DNA from: an uncultured Verrucomicrobiae bacterium
GTDB taxonomy: Bacteria > Verrucomicrobiota > Verrucomicrobiia > Chthoniobacterales > JAFAMB01
Direction of reading: 5' to 3'
NCBI GenBank assembly: GCA_963813025.1
Contig: CAWEXO010000011.1
Coordinates: 896,001-960,000, forward strand
DNA: 64,000 bases
Below are positions 28,899-38,186 of the stretch, piece by piece. The position numbers were made by a program, and so were the translations under genes. The notes beneath the pieces are model-generated. The model ran no database searches. It was not told the DNA's origin and was given only the letters and a program-made list of their open reading frames with translations. Each line of letters opens with the position of its first letter. Positions within the stretch are counted from its first letter, which is position 1.

Positions 28899-29774
28899 AT
28901 GCCTATTCTCGTTAACAAAAACACTCGATTGCTGGTACAAGGCATCACCGGCAGCTCCGGTGCTTTCCATGCGCGCGCCTGCAAGGAGTATGGCACAAAG
29001 GTTGTCGCCGGAGTCACCCCAGGGAAGGGTGGCCAGAAATTCGATGGCTCCATTCAGATCTTCGATACGGTATTCGAAGCAAGGGCTGCTACGGATTGTA
29101 ACGCGACGATGATTTTCGTGCCGGCGCCCTTCGCGGCGGACGCTATCCTGGAGGCGGCCGACGCGGGAATCGAGCTGATCGTCTGTATCACGGAAGGAAT
29201 TCCCGTAATGGATATGATGAAGGTTAAAGCTGCGCTGCGCGACAGGCCCAACCGATTAATCGGGCCGAATTGTCCGGGTATCATCACTCCAGGCGAATGC
29301 AAGATTGGTATCATGCCAGGTTACATTCATCGTCCGGGGAAGATTGGGGTTATCTCGCGCTCTGGAACCCTCACTTATGAAGCTGTTTGGCAATTGACCC
29401 AAAGGGGCTATGGGCAGTCGACCTGTATCGGGATCGGCGGCGATCCGATCAATGGGACCACGCACCTTGATGCAGTGAAGCTTTTCAGCGAAGATAAAGA
29501 TACCGAGGCGCTTATTCTGATCGGTGAGATCGGCGGAACCGCGGAAGAGGAAGCTGCGGTCTGGATTAAAGAGCATCTGCGAAAACCGGTTTGCGCGTTT
29601 ATCGCGGGAGTTACTGCCCCCCCGGGCCGGCGGATGGGCCATGCCGGGGCCATCGTCGCGGGTGGGCAAGGAACTGCCGAGAGCAAGATTGCGGCGCTCC
29701 GGAAAGCGGGAATTACGGTTGCGGAGACGCCTGCCGCGATCGGTGAAACGATGGTCAAGGTGTTGAAAGCTTAG
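28899..29774 (+). CDS. sucD: Succinyl-CoA synthetase alpha subunit
   Basis: [28 protein letters not shown]. Confidence 0.98.
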   Translation: MPILVNKNTRLLVQGITGSSGAFHARACKEYGTKVVAGVTPGKGGQKFDGSIQIFDTVFEARAATDCNATMIFVPAPFAADAILEAADAGIELIVCITEGIPVMDMMKVKAALRDRPNRLIGPNCPGIITPGECKIGIMPGYIHRPGKIGVISRSGTLTYEAVWQLTQRGYGQSTCIGIGGDPINGTTHLDAVKLFSEDKDTEALILIGEIGGTAEEEAAVWIKEHLRKPVCAFIAGVTAPPGRRMGHAGAIVAGGQGTAESKIAALRKAGITVAETPAAIGETMVKVLKA

Positions 29775-29776
29775 CT

Positions 29777-30907
29777 ATGTCAATCCAAACGAAAGGCTTG
29801 GAAGGGGTTGTTGCTAACGAAACGCATTTGGGAAACGTGCGCGGCCAGGCAGGTCAGCTGATCTATTGCGGCTATGATATCAACGAGCTGGTTGGCAAGG
29901 TCTCTTTCGAAGAGATAATTTTTCTCCTGTACAACAATCGGCTTCCTCAACGGAGAGAGTTAGACGCACTCAAAAAAGAGCTGAGCTCTGCGCGCGAACT
30001 GCCTGAGGGTGTCCTGGAGTTTATCCGAAAAGCGCCCAGCACCGCCGCCCCGATCGATGTTCTCCGAACTGGGGTTTCGATGCTTGGTTTGTACGGTCCT
30101 TCCGTTTCGCTCGATGACTCGATTGATGCCAACCGCCGTCGCGCGTTGAGCATTCAGGCGAAGACCCCGGTTATTGTCGCTTATTTTCACCGAGCGCGAT
30201 TGGGAAAAGATCTTCCGCCCATTCGCCCCGACCTCGGCGAAGCAGCCCATTTTCTCTACCTGCTTGATGGAGCCGATCCGTCGGAAAAAAAGGTTAATAC
30301 CTTGGACGTTGCTTTTGTGCTGCATGCCGAACACGGAATGAACGCGTCGACATTTAGCGCCCGAGTCACGATTTCAACCCTGACCGACATCTATTCCGCG
30401 GTCACCGCCGCGATTGCCACACTCAAAGGGCCGCTTCACGGAGGCGCAAACGAAGGGGTTATCCACATGCTGCAGGAAATTGGGTCCCCGGATCAAGTCG
30501 ACGCCTATATCGAACGAGCGCTGAATGAAAAGCGAAAGATCATGGGGATTGGACACCGCGTTTACAAGGTGCTCGATCCCCGAGCACCGCATTTGCGCCG
30601 CATGGCAGTGGAGCTTAGCCGGGAAATCGGAGAGCCGAAGTGGATCGAGATGTCCGAGCGGATTGCCGCGCTGATGAAAGAGAAGAAAGGGCTGAACGCG
30701 AACGTCGACTTCTATTCGGCGACGGTCTACTATTCGCTCGGAATTCCAACCGATCTCTTTACGCCGATCTTCGCGATCTCGCGGACGGCCGGCTGGACGG
30801 CGCATATTCTCGAACAGCTTTCCGACAACCGTCTTTACCGGCCTTTGAGCGAGTACGTTGGCGAACCGGTTGGTCGAAAGTTTGTGCCAATCGAGGAACG
30901 TAGCTGA
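29777..30907 (+). CDS. Citrate synthase / 2-methylcitrate synthase (short type)
   Basis: GLEGVV, HAEHGMNASTF, GPLHGGANE, MGIGHRVYK, NVDFYS. Confidence 0.95.
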   Translation: MSIQTKGLEGVVANETHLGNVRGQAGQLIYCGYDINELVGKVSFEEIIFLLYNNRLPQRRELDALKKELSSARELPEGVLEFIRKAPSTAAPIDVLRTGVSMLGLYGPSVSLDDSIDANRRRALSIQAKTPVIVAYFHRARLGKDLPPIRPDLGEAAHFLYLLDGADPSEKKVNTLDVAFVLHAEHGMNASTFSARVTISTLTDIYSAVTAAIATLKGPLHGGANEGVIHMLQEIGSPDQVDAYIERALNEKRKIMGIGHRVYKVLDPRAPHLRRMAVELSREIGEPKWIEMSERIAALMKEKKGLNANVDFYSATVYYSLGIPTDLFTPIFAISRTAGWTAHILEQLSDNRLYRPLSEYVGEPVGRKFVPIEERS

Positions 30908-31026
30908 CCCCGTTTCGCCTTTCACGTTTCACGTTTCGCGCCAGAAGACCACGTCTGCCGCGAAGCCGGGGGCGTGTCCGAAATTCCTTGCCAACCGAGG
31001 ATTTATGACGGTATTAGGACAAATAT

Positions 31027-31476
31027 ATGAAGGCTTGGGTCGGCAGCACTATCATTTTCCTCGGTTTCCATCTCTCGATTTTTGGCGCCGACCAGAACGT
31101 TCGCGTTTTCCGTCCAGTTGATCCGGTGGCTCTGGAAGAAAAAGTCCCGGCTGGCTCTGGGCACGTTTTCGTAGACGCCGCGCGAACTTATAAGCTCGAT
31201 CCAGTTTTGCTCGCCGCCATATCGGCCCATGAAACGGGTAGATGGAGAAGTGTGGCTGCGCGGAAGAAGAACAATTGGATGGGACTAAGGACGTCCAGGG
31301 GTGCGAAGCGCTTTTCTAAACCGGAAGATTCGATTTATTACGCGGCCCGGCTCCTGAACCAAAGACCATTTCGCGGTCGGAACATGTTGAGCCAGATCGC
31401 CGCACTGTATTGCGCGACCAACCCCTCCTACTGGAGAGCGAGCGTTCTTCGGTGGGAGCGCGTTCTGAGCCGCTAG
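31027..31476 (+). CDS. Small secreted glucosaminidase (GH73-like) domain protein
   Basis: Signal peptide; LLAAISAHETG, NNWMG, FSKPEDSI. Confidence 0.7.
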   Translation: MKAWVGSTIIFLGFHLSIFGADQNVRVFRPVDPVALEEKVPAGSGHVFVDAARTYKLDPVLLAAISAHETGRWRSVAARKKNNWMGLRTSRGAKRFSKPEDSIYYAARLLNQRPFRGRNMLSQIAALYCATNPSYWRASVLRWERVLSR

Positions 31477-31672
31477 TGCACCGTCTCTCATATAATGGTG
31501 CCATCGCCGCGGCCCAAAGGGTTGCGTTGAAAATGGGCCGGCGGCGGCGTTGCTCCTCGGTTACGTATCGATTCAGATATGCGCCCTTCTCGCGCCTTGC
31601 CGGCGGCCCATTTTGAACGCAACCCTTTGGGCCGCGGCGATGGCACCAGTATATGAGAGACGGTGCACTAGC
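31472..31672. mobile_element. MITE-like palindromic element with about 69-bp terminal inverted repeats bounded by CTAG
   Basis: GCTAGTGCACCGTCTCTCATATA... / ...TATATGAGAGACGGTGCACTAGC, 2 mismatches over 69 bp; no transposase. Confidence 0.75.
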
Positions 31673-31739
31673 ACCAGCCTGCCTCACTCACAAACCCTGA
31701 GGGATCTTCGAGCGATGCAGCCTGCGACCCAGCAACTGA

Positions 31740-32903
31740 TCAGAGTGTCCGGCAGAACTCTTCGAACCGGTCCAAACCTTTCTTGATCACGTCCAGGCTG
31801 GTCGCGTAGCTGAATCGGATCGTGCGATCGTCCCCAAACGCAGCGCCGGGAACAACCACCACATTGAACTTGCTCAGAAGCCGATCGGCGAAATTCTGAG
31901 AAGTCAATCCCAGCTTGCCCACATTGACGAGAAAATAGAAGGCGCCCGCCGGACGGACAAAGCTCACCTTGGCAATTTTAGAAAATCGATCCGCCATGTA
32001 TTCGCGGCGCAAATTGAATTCTTCACGCATATCGGCGAGCGGTTGCTGATCTCCCTTCAACGCAGCCAAAGCGCCCTTTTGCGCGAAAGAACACGGATTG
32101 GAGGTGACATGGCTCTGAATGGAGTCGATCGCCTTTGCGACAAGATCCGGCGCTCCCAAGTATCCCAAGCGCCATCCGGTCATCGCGTACGATTTGCTAA
32201 ATCCGTTTACCGTCATCGTGAGCTGGTAGAAATCCGGGTTGAGCGACGCGATGCTGACATGCTCCACCCCTTCATAGACCAGCTTTTCGTAGATCTCGTC
32301 CGACAGGATAAGGATTTCCTCTTCGGCGGCGACCGCGCCAATGCCTTCCAGCTCTTCCCGGGTGTAAACCGCTCCGGTTGGGTTGTTCGGCGAGTTTAGA
32401 ATGATCATTTTTGTCCGAGGCGTCATCGCGTTCTCAAACTCGTCCGGAGTAATTTTCCAGCCGTTCTCCTCTTTGGTTTGCACGAAGATCGGCTCTGCGC
32501 CGGCCAAACGCACCATCTCGGGATAACTGAGCCAGTACGGTGCGGGAATGATGATTTCGTCCCCCGGCTGACAGGTCGCGAGGATCGCATTGTAGCAGGA
32601 GTGCTTCGCGCCGCAGCTTACGATGATCTGCGAGGGCTTATACTCTAACCCATTGTCCTGAAGGAATTTATCAGCAATCGCCTGGCGTAGCTCGGGTATG
32701 CCGGAACTCGGTGTGTACTTGGTAAAGCCTGCTTCCAGGGACGCCATTGCCGCAGCTTTAATATGATCGGGTGTGTCAAAATCAGGTTCACCTGCGCCGA
32801 AGCTGCAAACATCAATCCCTTCCGATTTCATCGCCTTGGCCTTGCTGTCGACCGAGAGGGAAAGGGAGGGAGTTAGGCTATTGGCTCGTGAGGAAAGTTG
32901 CAT
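31740..32903 (-). CDS. PLP-dependent aminotransferase class I/II (aspartate aminotransferase-like)
   Basis: GEPDF, NSPNNPTG, DEIY, FSKSYAMTGWRLG. Confidence 0.95.
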   Translation of the reverse strand: MQLSSRANSLTPSLSLSVDSKAKAMKSEGIDVCSFGAGEPDFDTPDHIKAAAMASLEAGFTKYTPSSGIPELRQAIADKFLQDNGLEYKPSQIIVSCGAKHSCYNAILATCQPGDEIIIPAPYWLSYPEMVRLAGAEPIFVQTKEENGWKITPDEFENAMTPRTKMIILNSPNNPTGAVYTREELEGIGAVAAEEEILILSDEIYEKLVYEGVEHVSIASLNPDFYQLTMTVNGFSKSYAMTGWRLGYLGAPDLVAKAIDSIQSHVTSNPCSFAQKGALAALKGDQQPLADMREEFNLRREYMADRFSKIAKVSFVRPAGAFYFLVNVGKLGLTSQNFADRLLSKFNVVVVPGAAFGDDRTIRFSYATSLDVIKKGLDRFEEFCRTL

Positions 32904-33004
32904 AAAAACCTCTCACTATATGTGAGCAAACCTGTTTTCAACCAAGGAATGTGAAGCGACTAGAATGCCAATCTGTTCAGAGTTCTTCAGCTGCCCACTT
33001 ACAT

Positions 33005-33064
33005 TCCGCCGCTGAAGCCGCTCCCGCCGCTTCCTCCGCTCGATTGACTCGTACCTGATCAGCC
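33005..33064 (-). repeat. Dispersed repeat family A, copy 3
   Basis: CCGCCGCTGAAGCCGCTCCCGCCGCTTCCTCCGCTCGATTGAC...CCTGATCAG. Confidence 0.8.
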
Positions 33065-33123
33065 GCTGAGCTGTGACGATCGATGAACCGATGAGCCGGC
33101 GAGTCGGTCTAACGCAAAACTGT

Positions 33124-33158
33124 GAAACGCGAAACGCGAAACGTGAAACGCGAAACCC
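33124..33158. repeat. Heptamer tandem repeat GAAACGY x5
   Basis: GAAACGC GAAACGC GAAACGT GAAACGC GAAACCC directly before the prmA ATG; reverse-complement relatives at about 30912-30940. Confidence 0.85.
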
Positions 33159-33159
33159 T

Positions 33160-34005
33160 ATGCTGGTCTGGCGAAAAATAACGACCACGAAATGGGTTGA
33201 CGCCTGGGAAGAGCGGCTTTCGTTTCTTGGGCCGGAGAGACTTGTGATAACGCGTTTTTCCGGGTCGAAGCGCGCTCGCCTCGAAATGTTTGATCTCACC
33301 CCGAAGGAAAGCGAGATCCTGCTTCACTGTTTCGCTGGGCAGACCAGGAATCTGTCCAGGTCCAGCGCCGATTGGGTGAAAAGCGTGATCCGCAAAGTGC
33401 CGATCTCGATCAGAGGCCGGCTCCAGATTATCACCGACGGCAGTAAGTCCGACCGCCAAACGGGCTTGGCGGAAATTCACATTCCCGCCGGTTTGGCCTT
33501 CGGTACCGGGGAACATGCGACGACGGCTACTTGTCTGCGGATGCTTTGCGACCTGGCGCCATCTGGTGGTTCGTGGGATTTTCTGGACGTCGGCACTGGC
33601 ACGGGAATTCTGGCAATCGCCGCCGCCAAGCTCGGTGCCCGGCGGGTTATCGGGATCGATCTTGACTCGACCGCTGTGTCCGTCGCGAAACAGAACGCCA
33701 AAGCAAACGCGGTCGATCAAATACGTTTCCGCCGGATCGCCATCCAGAGCTGGTCCGAGCCGCAACGCTTCGAAATAGTGTGTGCAAACTTATATGGCGA
33801 CACCCTGGTTAGCGCGATGTCTCCGATCTGGAGCACGGTTGCCGAAGGCGGAAATCTCATCGCATCCGGGATTCTTCGTGATCAGACAGAGGCGGTCAGG
33901 CAAAGCATCGGACGCCAGCAGGGGGAGATCAGGCGAGAGGTGGTCCGGGGTAAATGGGTCACCATGCTGGTCAGAAAACCAGTAGGGGAAGTAGCAGTCA
34001 ATTGA
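33160..34005 (+). CDS. prmA: Ribosomal protein L11 methyltransferase
   Basis: AFGTGEHATT, LDVGTGTGILAI, ANL, SGIL. Confidence 0.9.
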   Translation: MLVWRKITTTKWVDAWEERLSFLGPERLVITRFSGSKRARLEMFDLTPKESEILLHCFAGQTRNLSRSSADWVKSVIRKVPISIRGRLQIITDGSKSDRQTGLAEIHIPAGLAFGTGEHATTATCLRMLCDLAPSGGSWDFLDVGTGTGILAIAAAKLGARRVIGIDLDSTAVSVAKQNAKANAVDQIRFRRIAIQSWSEPQRFEIVCANLYGDTLVSAMSPIWSTVAEGGNLIASGILRDQTEAVRQSIGRQQGEIRREVVRGKWVTMLVRKPVGEVAVN

Positions 34006-34212
34006 GCGGGGGGAGCGGCGGGAGCGGGTTCAGCGGGAGGAGGTAGTGCCAGAGGTGGAGAGTTGAGCAGTGACATCCGCCCGCCACACGCAAACCGTTT
34101 TTGTCGATGTAACCATCGAACTTGAGCACTAAGCAGCTAGCTTCCTCCGCTGAACCCGCTCCCGCCGCTCCCTCGGCTCGGTTGACTGATACCTGGCCAG
34201 TTGGTCAGCTGT
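33996..34212. repeat. Dispersed repeat family A, inverted pair (copies 4 and 5)
   Basis: TTGAGCGGGGGGAGCGGCGGGAGCGGGTTCAGCGG (from about 34002) and reverse complement at about 34133-34212. Confidence 0.85.
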
Positions 34213-34272
34213 ATTAGCTTGCGTCGATGACGCGGACTTATCTAGAAGAGGACGCTCCATCGTTCCGCGTGT

Positions 34273-34593
34273 ATGATTCATCGTATTGTTCTCTATAAAC
34301 TCAGACCAGCAGTCACCCCGGAAGGCCTGGAGGAGATTATGATGCAAACGCGCATGCAGCTCCTGAAAATTGGAGTCGCGATGAACGTGCGCTGCGGACG
34401 GCGAATCGACGAAAATAATGTCTGGCCCTTTTTCCTGGCAGTCGAGTTCGACTCCAAAGAGCGTCTGGCGATCTTCCAGGACGATCCGATCTATATCAAG
34501 TTTCTCGAAGAGACAATCAAGCCGAATACCTCCGAGTCGCTCGTGCTCGATTACGAAACGGATCCCAAACGCAAGCACCCTTCGAACCACTGA
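34273..34593 (+). CDS. Dabb family (stress-responsive A/B barrel) protein
   Basis: MIHRIVLYKLR, VEFDSKE, LVLDYE; 106 aa. Confidence 0.75.
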   Translation: MIHRIVLYKLRPAVTPEGLEEIMMQTRMQLLKIGVAMNVRCGRRIDENNVWPFFLAVEFDSKERLAIFQDDPIYIKFLEETIKPNTSESLVLDYETDPKRKHPSNH

Positions 34594-35930
34594 CAGACAA
34601 AGTCGATTTCGGCGGGTTCGATGCAGAACGGCGGGGTGAAGGAGAGCACATTTCCTCCAGGACCGCTCCTCAACAAGAGCAGCCCGTCCGATAGCCCCTG
34701 GTCCACGACAGCAGAGGCCAGAGCAGAAGCAGGGCCGCCGTTTTCGTCCACTAATTCGACCCCAACGAACAGTCCAAGCCCGCGCACATCGCCGATGGCG
34801 GAAGAGCGGATACCGCGCAGCCCATTTACGAAGCGTTTGCCCAGTGATCGAACTCCGGCGGCCAGAGCCGCATCCGAATGAAGCTCAATCGAGGCAAGCG
34901 CCATTGCGCAGCCAATCGGGTTGCCGAGGAAAGTGGATGTATGTAAAGCTTCTCCGGCTGACTCCGGCCACGCGTCCATGATCTCCCCACGCCCAACGCA
35001 AGCGGACAACGGAAAACCGTTAGTGAGACCCTTTCCGAGACAGAGTAAATCCGGATAGGTACCGAACAGATCCGCAGCGAAAAGCGCACCGGTGCGATTG
35101 AAGCCGGTGTAGATTTCGTCGAAAATCAGGACGATTTTATAGATGTCGCTGATCTGCCGGAGCAGTCGCAGAAAATCGAGCGGCGGAACGATTTCTCCAC
35201 CACGGCCGAGGCATGGTTCGACCAGAATGCAGCCGACCGGCCGTTGCCGAATGGTTGCCACGATCTGTTCCTCGATACGCTCGAGGCAAGACGTGGCGCA
35301 ATTTGGGAATCTAGCGCCTTCGAGCCGGTGACCTTCTTTTCGGCCGAAAGGACAACGGTAACAATAGGGAAAAGGAATCCAGGTCGTCAGGTCGCGCAGT
35401 TGTGCGCGGAAGGGGTCTCGAAACCAAGGAATACCGATGACGTTCAGTGCGCCGTATCCCAGGCCGTGATAGCTGCCGGCAAAAGCGACAATGCCGGCTT
35501 TTCCGGTGTGGAGCAGCGATGTCTTGATCGCCACTTCCACCGCTTCGAAACCGGAATTGCCCAAGGTGACTTTGCCTGGCCCAAGCTGCCATCGTTCGAA
35601 GGTGATCTCACTCAGGCGCCGGCACAGCGCACCTTTGTTGGCGGCCGGATGGACGTCGCCGAGAGCATGAAAGAGCTTCCCGGATTGCTCGATCGCGGCG
35701 TCTCGGATAACCGGGTGGGAATGGCCAAGAGAAGCCACCGCAAAACCCGCCGTCAGGTCCAGAAATCGATTTTGATCAACGTCCCAGACGTTTGCTCCGA
35801 CCGCTCTCTCCCAGAACACCGGAAAACCTTTACCGGTATAAGTGACGTTGCGATTCTCGTAGCGACGCAACTCGCTGGCCAGCAGGCTCGAGCGGGGGCC
35901 CGGAAGCGGAGGTCGGACGTCAGGCAACAT
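34551..35930 (-). CDS. PLP-dependent aminotransferase class III (GabT-like)
   Basis: SGFEAVE, SYHG, EP, DEIYTGFNRTG, LGKG, STFLGNP. Confidence 0.92.
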   Translation of the reverse strand: MLPDVRPPLPGPRSSLLASELRRYENRNVTYTGKGFPVFWERAVGANVWDVDQNRFLDLTAGFAVASLGHSHPVIRDAAIEQSGKLFHALGDVHPAANKGALCRRLSEITFERWQLGPGKVTLGNSGFEAVEVAIKTSLLHTGKAGIVAFAGSYHGLGYGALNVIGIPWFRDPFRAQLRDLTTWIPFPYCYRCPFGRKEGHRLEGARFPNCATSCLERIEEQIVATIRQRPVGCILVEPCLGRGGEIVPPLDFLRLLRQISDIYKIVLIFDEIYTGFNRTGALFAADLFGTYPDLLCLGKGLTNGFPLSACVGRGEIMDAWPESAGEALHTSTFLGNPIGCAMALASIELHSDAALAAGVRSLGKRFVNGLRGIRSSAIGDVRGLGLFVGVELVDENGGPASALASAVVDQGLSDGLLLLRSGPGGNVLSFTPPFCIEPAEIDFVCQWFEGCLRLGSVS

Positions 35931-35989
35931 GTTTATTTCCCCAGTTCCGTGCGGTAAGAACGGACGCTCGAAGGATCGACCGGTTCTTT

Positions 35990-37429
35990 TCAGGCGGGCT
36001 GGCGGTGCCGTAGAAGATTGGAATAGAGTCGGACGTACGATTTGGCGGACTCAGTCCAGGAGAAATCAACGGCGCGCGCCCGCTCGATAAGAGCGTTCCA
36101 CTGCTCGCGGCGCCGGTGCGTCTCTTGTGCCCGGCGGACGGCGTCGCGGAGCGCACTGGGCGAGGGACGGTAATAGACGAAGGCAAAGCCTCCGTTCGTC
36201 GACGGGTCAAAGTCTTGTACCAACTGGGACAGACCTCTGCGAAAACTGGTGATCGGGATGGTGCCATAGCGCAGCGCGGTGACCAGATCGAGGTACTCCC
36301 GCTCAGTCAGCTGCGGTACAAGCAGCACGTCGGCACCGGCCAGAACAAGATGGCGCGCTTTGCGATCGTCACCGGCGATACGCGCCAGCCGTCCGGGATA
36401 CTTGCGTTCGGCAACTAACACGTCAGGCAAAAACTCCGCCGGTATGTCCCCAGCGATAAGCAGTCTCTGGTCACTGGAAAGAACGAGATCGAGAAGAGAG
36501 GAAATCTCACCGAGAGCGACCCGTGAATCGCTTCGGGCCGAATAGGCAAGGACCAGACCCTCGGTCGGGCTGAGGCCGAATTGTTTGAGAGCGGCATCTC
36601 GCACCGCCACCTTGCCGGTGTTATTGCCGTTGCGCGGACGCTTGGTTAACAGCTTCTCGGGAGGCAGATTCGTAGCGGTATAGTCGACTCCGGGCAAAAT
36701 GCCGAACGTTCGGGAGACATTCTCCTGCAGAACGAGCTGCAAACCGTAACCGCCTTCCGCGCTTAATGCCGAATCCACGCCTAGCTCGCCCGGGAGCACG
36801 ATCGCGTCGCCGTGGAGAATACCGGCTTTAAGAAAGTTTAAACGACCATAGAATTCCACGCCGCGCGGGCCGAAATAACTGCCGGGCAGGTTCGTTAAGG
36901 CGAAATCGAAGCTCCAGAACGAGCCTTGATATTCCAGGCTATAAATACTAAGCACCGAGAGGAATGGCAGCTGCCGCTCTTTGATAAACACCGGGATCAA
37001 AGCGGTCGGCCACTCGTGGCTATGCAGGATGTCGGGAGTCGGGCTGAGATGTCGGGAGAGCTCAAGCGCCGCTTTTGCGAAAAAGATGAATCGCTCCGCA
37101 TTGTCTTCGTAAGCACGGCCCTCGCTCCCATAAATCCCGCTGCGATCGAAATATTCGTCACGCCGGACAAGAAAAATCTGGATCTCGTCGGGGCCGGCGG
37201 TCTCGAGAATTTCCGCGGTAGCTTTTTTCCCCCCCAGGTTGACCTGGAAATCGATACCGGTCGATCGGATCGTTTGTTTGCTCTCTCGAGCGGCTCGATA
37301 GCAGGGCAAGGCGACGCTGACGTCGTGGCCCAAATTTTTCAACTCCGCTGCCAATGTCTTGACCTGGATCCCCAGTCCGCCGGCATTTGTCAGCGGCGCA
37401 AATTCGCTCGTTGCCATTAAAATCTTCAT
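35990..37429 (-). CDS. Glycogen synthase (GT5)-like protein with degenerate donor-binding motifs
   Basis: MKILMATSE, DNAERFIFF, HSHEW, NFLKAG, DFSW..SA..Y; KTGGL replaced by NAGGL. Confidence 0.8.
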   Translation of the reverse strand: MKILMATSEFAPLTNAGGLGIQVKTLAAELKNLGHDVSVALPCYRAARESKQTIRSTGIDFQVNLGGKKATAEILETAGPDEIQIFLVRRDEYFDRSGIYGSEGRAYEDNAERFIFFAKAALELSRHLSPTPDILHSHEWPTALIPVFIKERQLPFLSVLSIYSLEYQGSFWSFDFALTNLPGSYFGPRGVEFYGRLNFLKAGILHGDAIVLPGELGVDSALSAEGGYGLQLVLQENVSRTFGILPGVDYTATNLPPEKLLTKRPRNGNNTGKVAVRDAALKQFGLSPTEGLVLAYSARSDSRVALGEISSLLDLVLSSDQRLLIAGDIPAEFLPDVLVAERKYPGRLARIAGDDRKARHLVLAGADVLLVPQLTEREYLDLVTALRYGTIPITSFRRGLSQLVQDFDPSTNGGFAFVYYRPSPSALRDAVRRAQETHRRREQWNALIERARAVDFSWTESAKSYVRLYSNLLRHRQPA

Positions 37430-37611
37430 GCAATAGGTTCCTCGTGATTTCCGTGCTCCATTCAGGTGTTTATAAATATTGCCAGTAATTCAACAACCCC
37501 GGTTTTCAAAACGTATTCCCCCTGGCAGCAGTGCTGATCCAAGCTTTGCGGTGAATGGTCCTTGTCAAAGAGGTGGGTCTTGATAAGGTGCGGAATTTCC
37601 GTTCGTGAGCT

Positions 37612-38088
37612 ATGACTTTGGGCTCTCTGCTATCCGTCAATCAGATCATTCCAGAAATGAAGGCCTCCGAGCGGTGGGCCGCAATTGTCGAATTGATCGA
37701 TTTGCTGGTCGATAAGGGGCGGGTCAAGGTGGCTGACCGTGAATCTATCCTGAGCGCTCTGCGGCAGCGGGAGGAGACGATGAGCACCGGTATTGGCTTT
37801 GGCATTGCGATTCCGCACGCGTCCTCGAGCTGTGTTTCCGAGGTTATTGCCGCCTTTGGCCGGTCGACCACGGGAATAGAGTTCGATTCGCTCGATAATT
37901 CGTTAGTCAAATTCATCGTGCTGTTTGTCGTGCCAAAGGACCAGTTCCAGGTGCATCTACGGACTTTGGCGGCGATCGCAAAGTTCCTGAACGACAAAAA
38001 TGTTCGGGAGCAGCTGGGGAAAGCCGACAATGCCGATGAAATTCTCGCTATCTTCGACAATAAAGCGTCCCGTCCGCAGACGCCTTGA
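37612..38088 (+). CDS. PTS IIA component (PtsN/fructose-type)
   Basis: RE..MSTGIGFGIAIPH, FDSLD, HLRTLA. Confidence 0.93.
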   Translation: MTLGSLLSVNQIIPEMKASERWAAIVELIDLLVDKGRVKVADRESILSALRQREETMSTGIGFGIAIPHASSSCVSEVIAAFGRSTTGIEFDSLDNSLVKFIVLFVVPKDQFQVHLRTLAAIAKFLNDKNVREQLGKADNADEILAIFDNKASRPQTP

Positions 38089-38186
38089 AAGCTTGCGTCT
38101 TGAAGCCTCGCTCCGCGCGGTCATAAAGCGCTGCAGGAGAGGCGCAACTCCAAGGCGCCCTTCGCTACCGGCGGCCGTTTTCTTAA

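Noticed and set aside
32912..32926. CTCAC-TATAT-GTGAG hairpin overlapping the aminotransferase RBS
   Set aside because: A 5-bp stem is too short to separate from chance without comparative data
34551..34593. Convergent gene overlaps (Dabb/aminotransferase 43 bp; ackA/PAP2 40 bp) as antisense regulation
   Set aside because: Short 3' overlaps are common in compact GC-rich genomes; no further evidence
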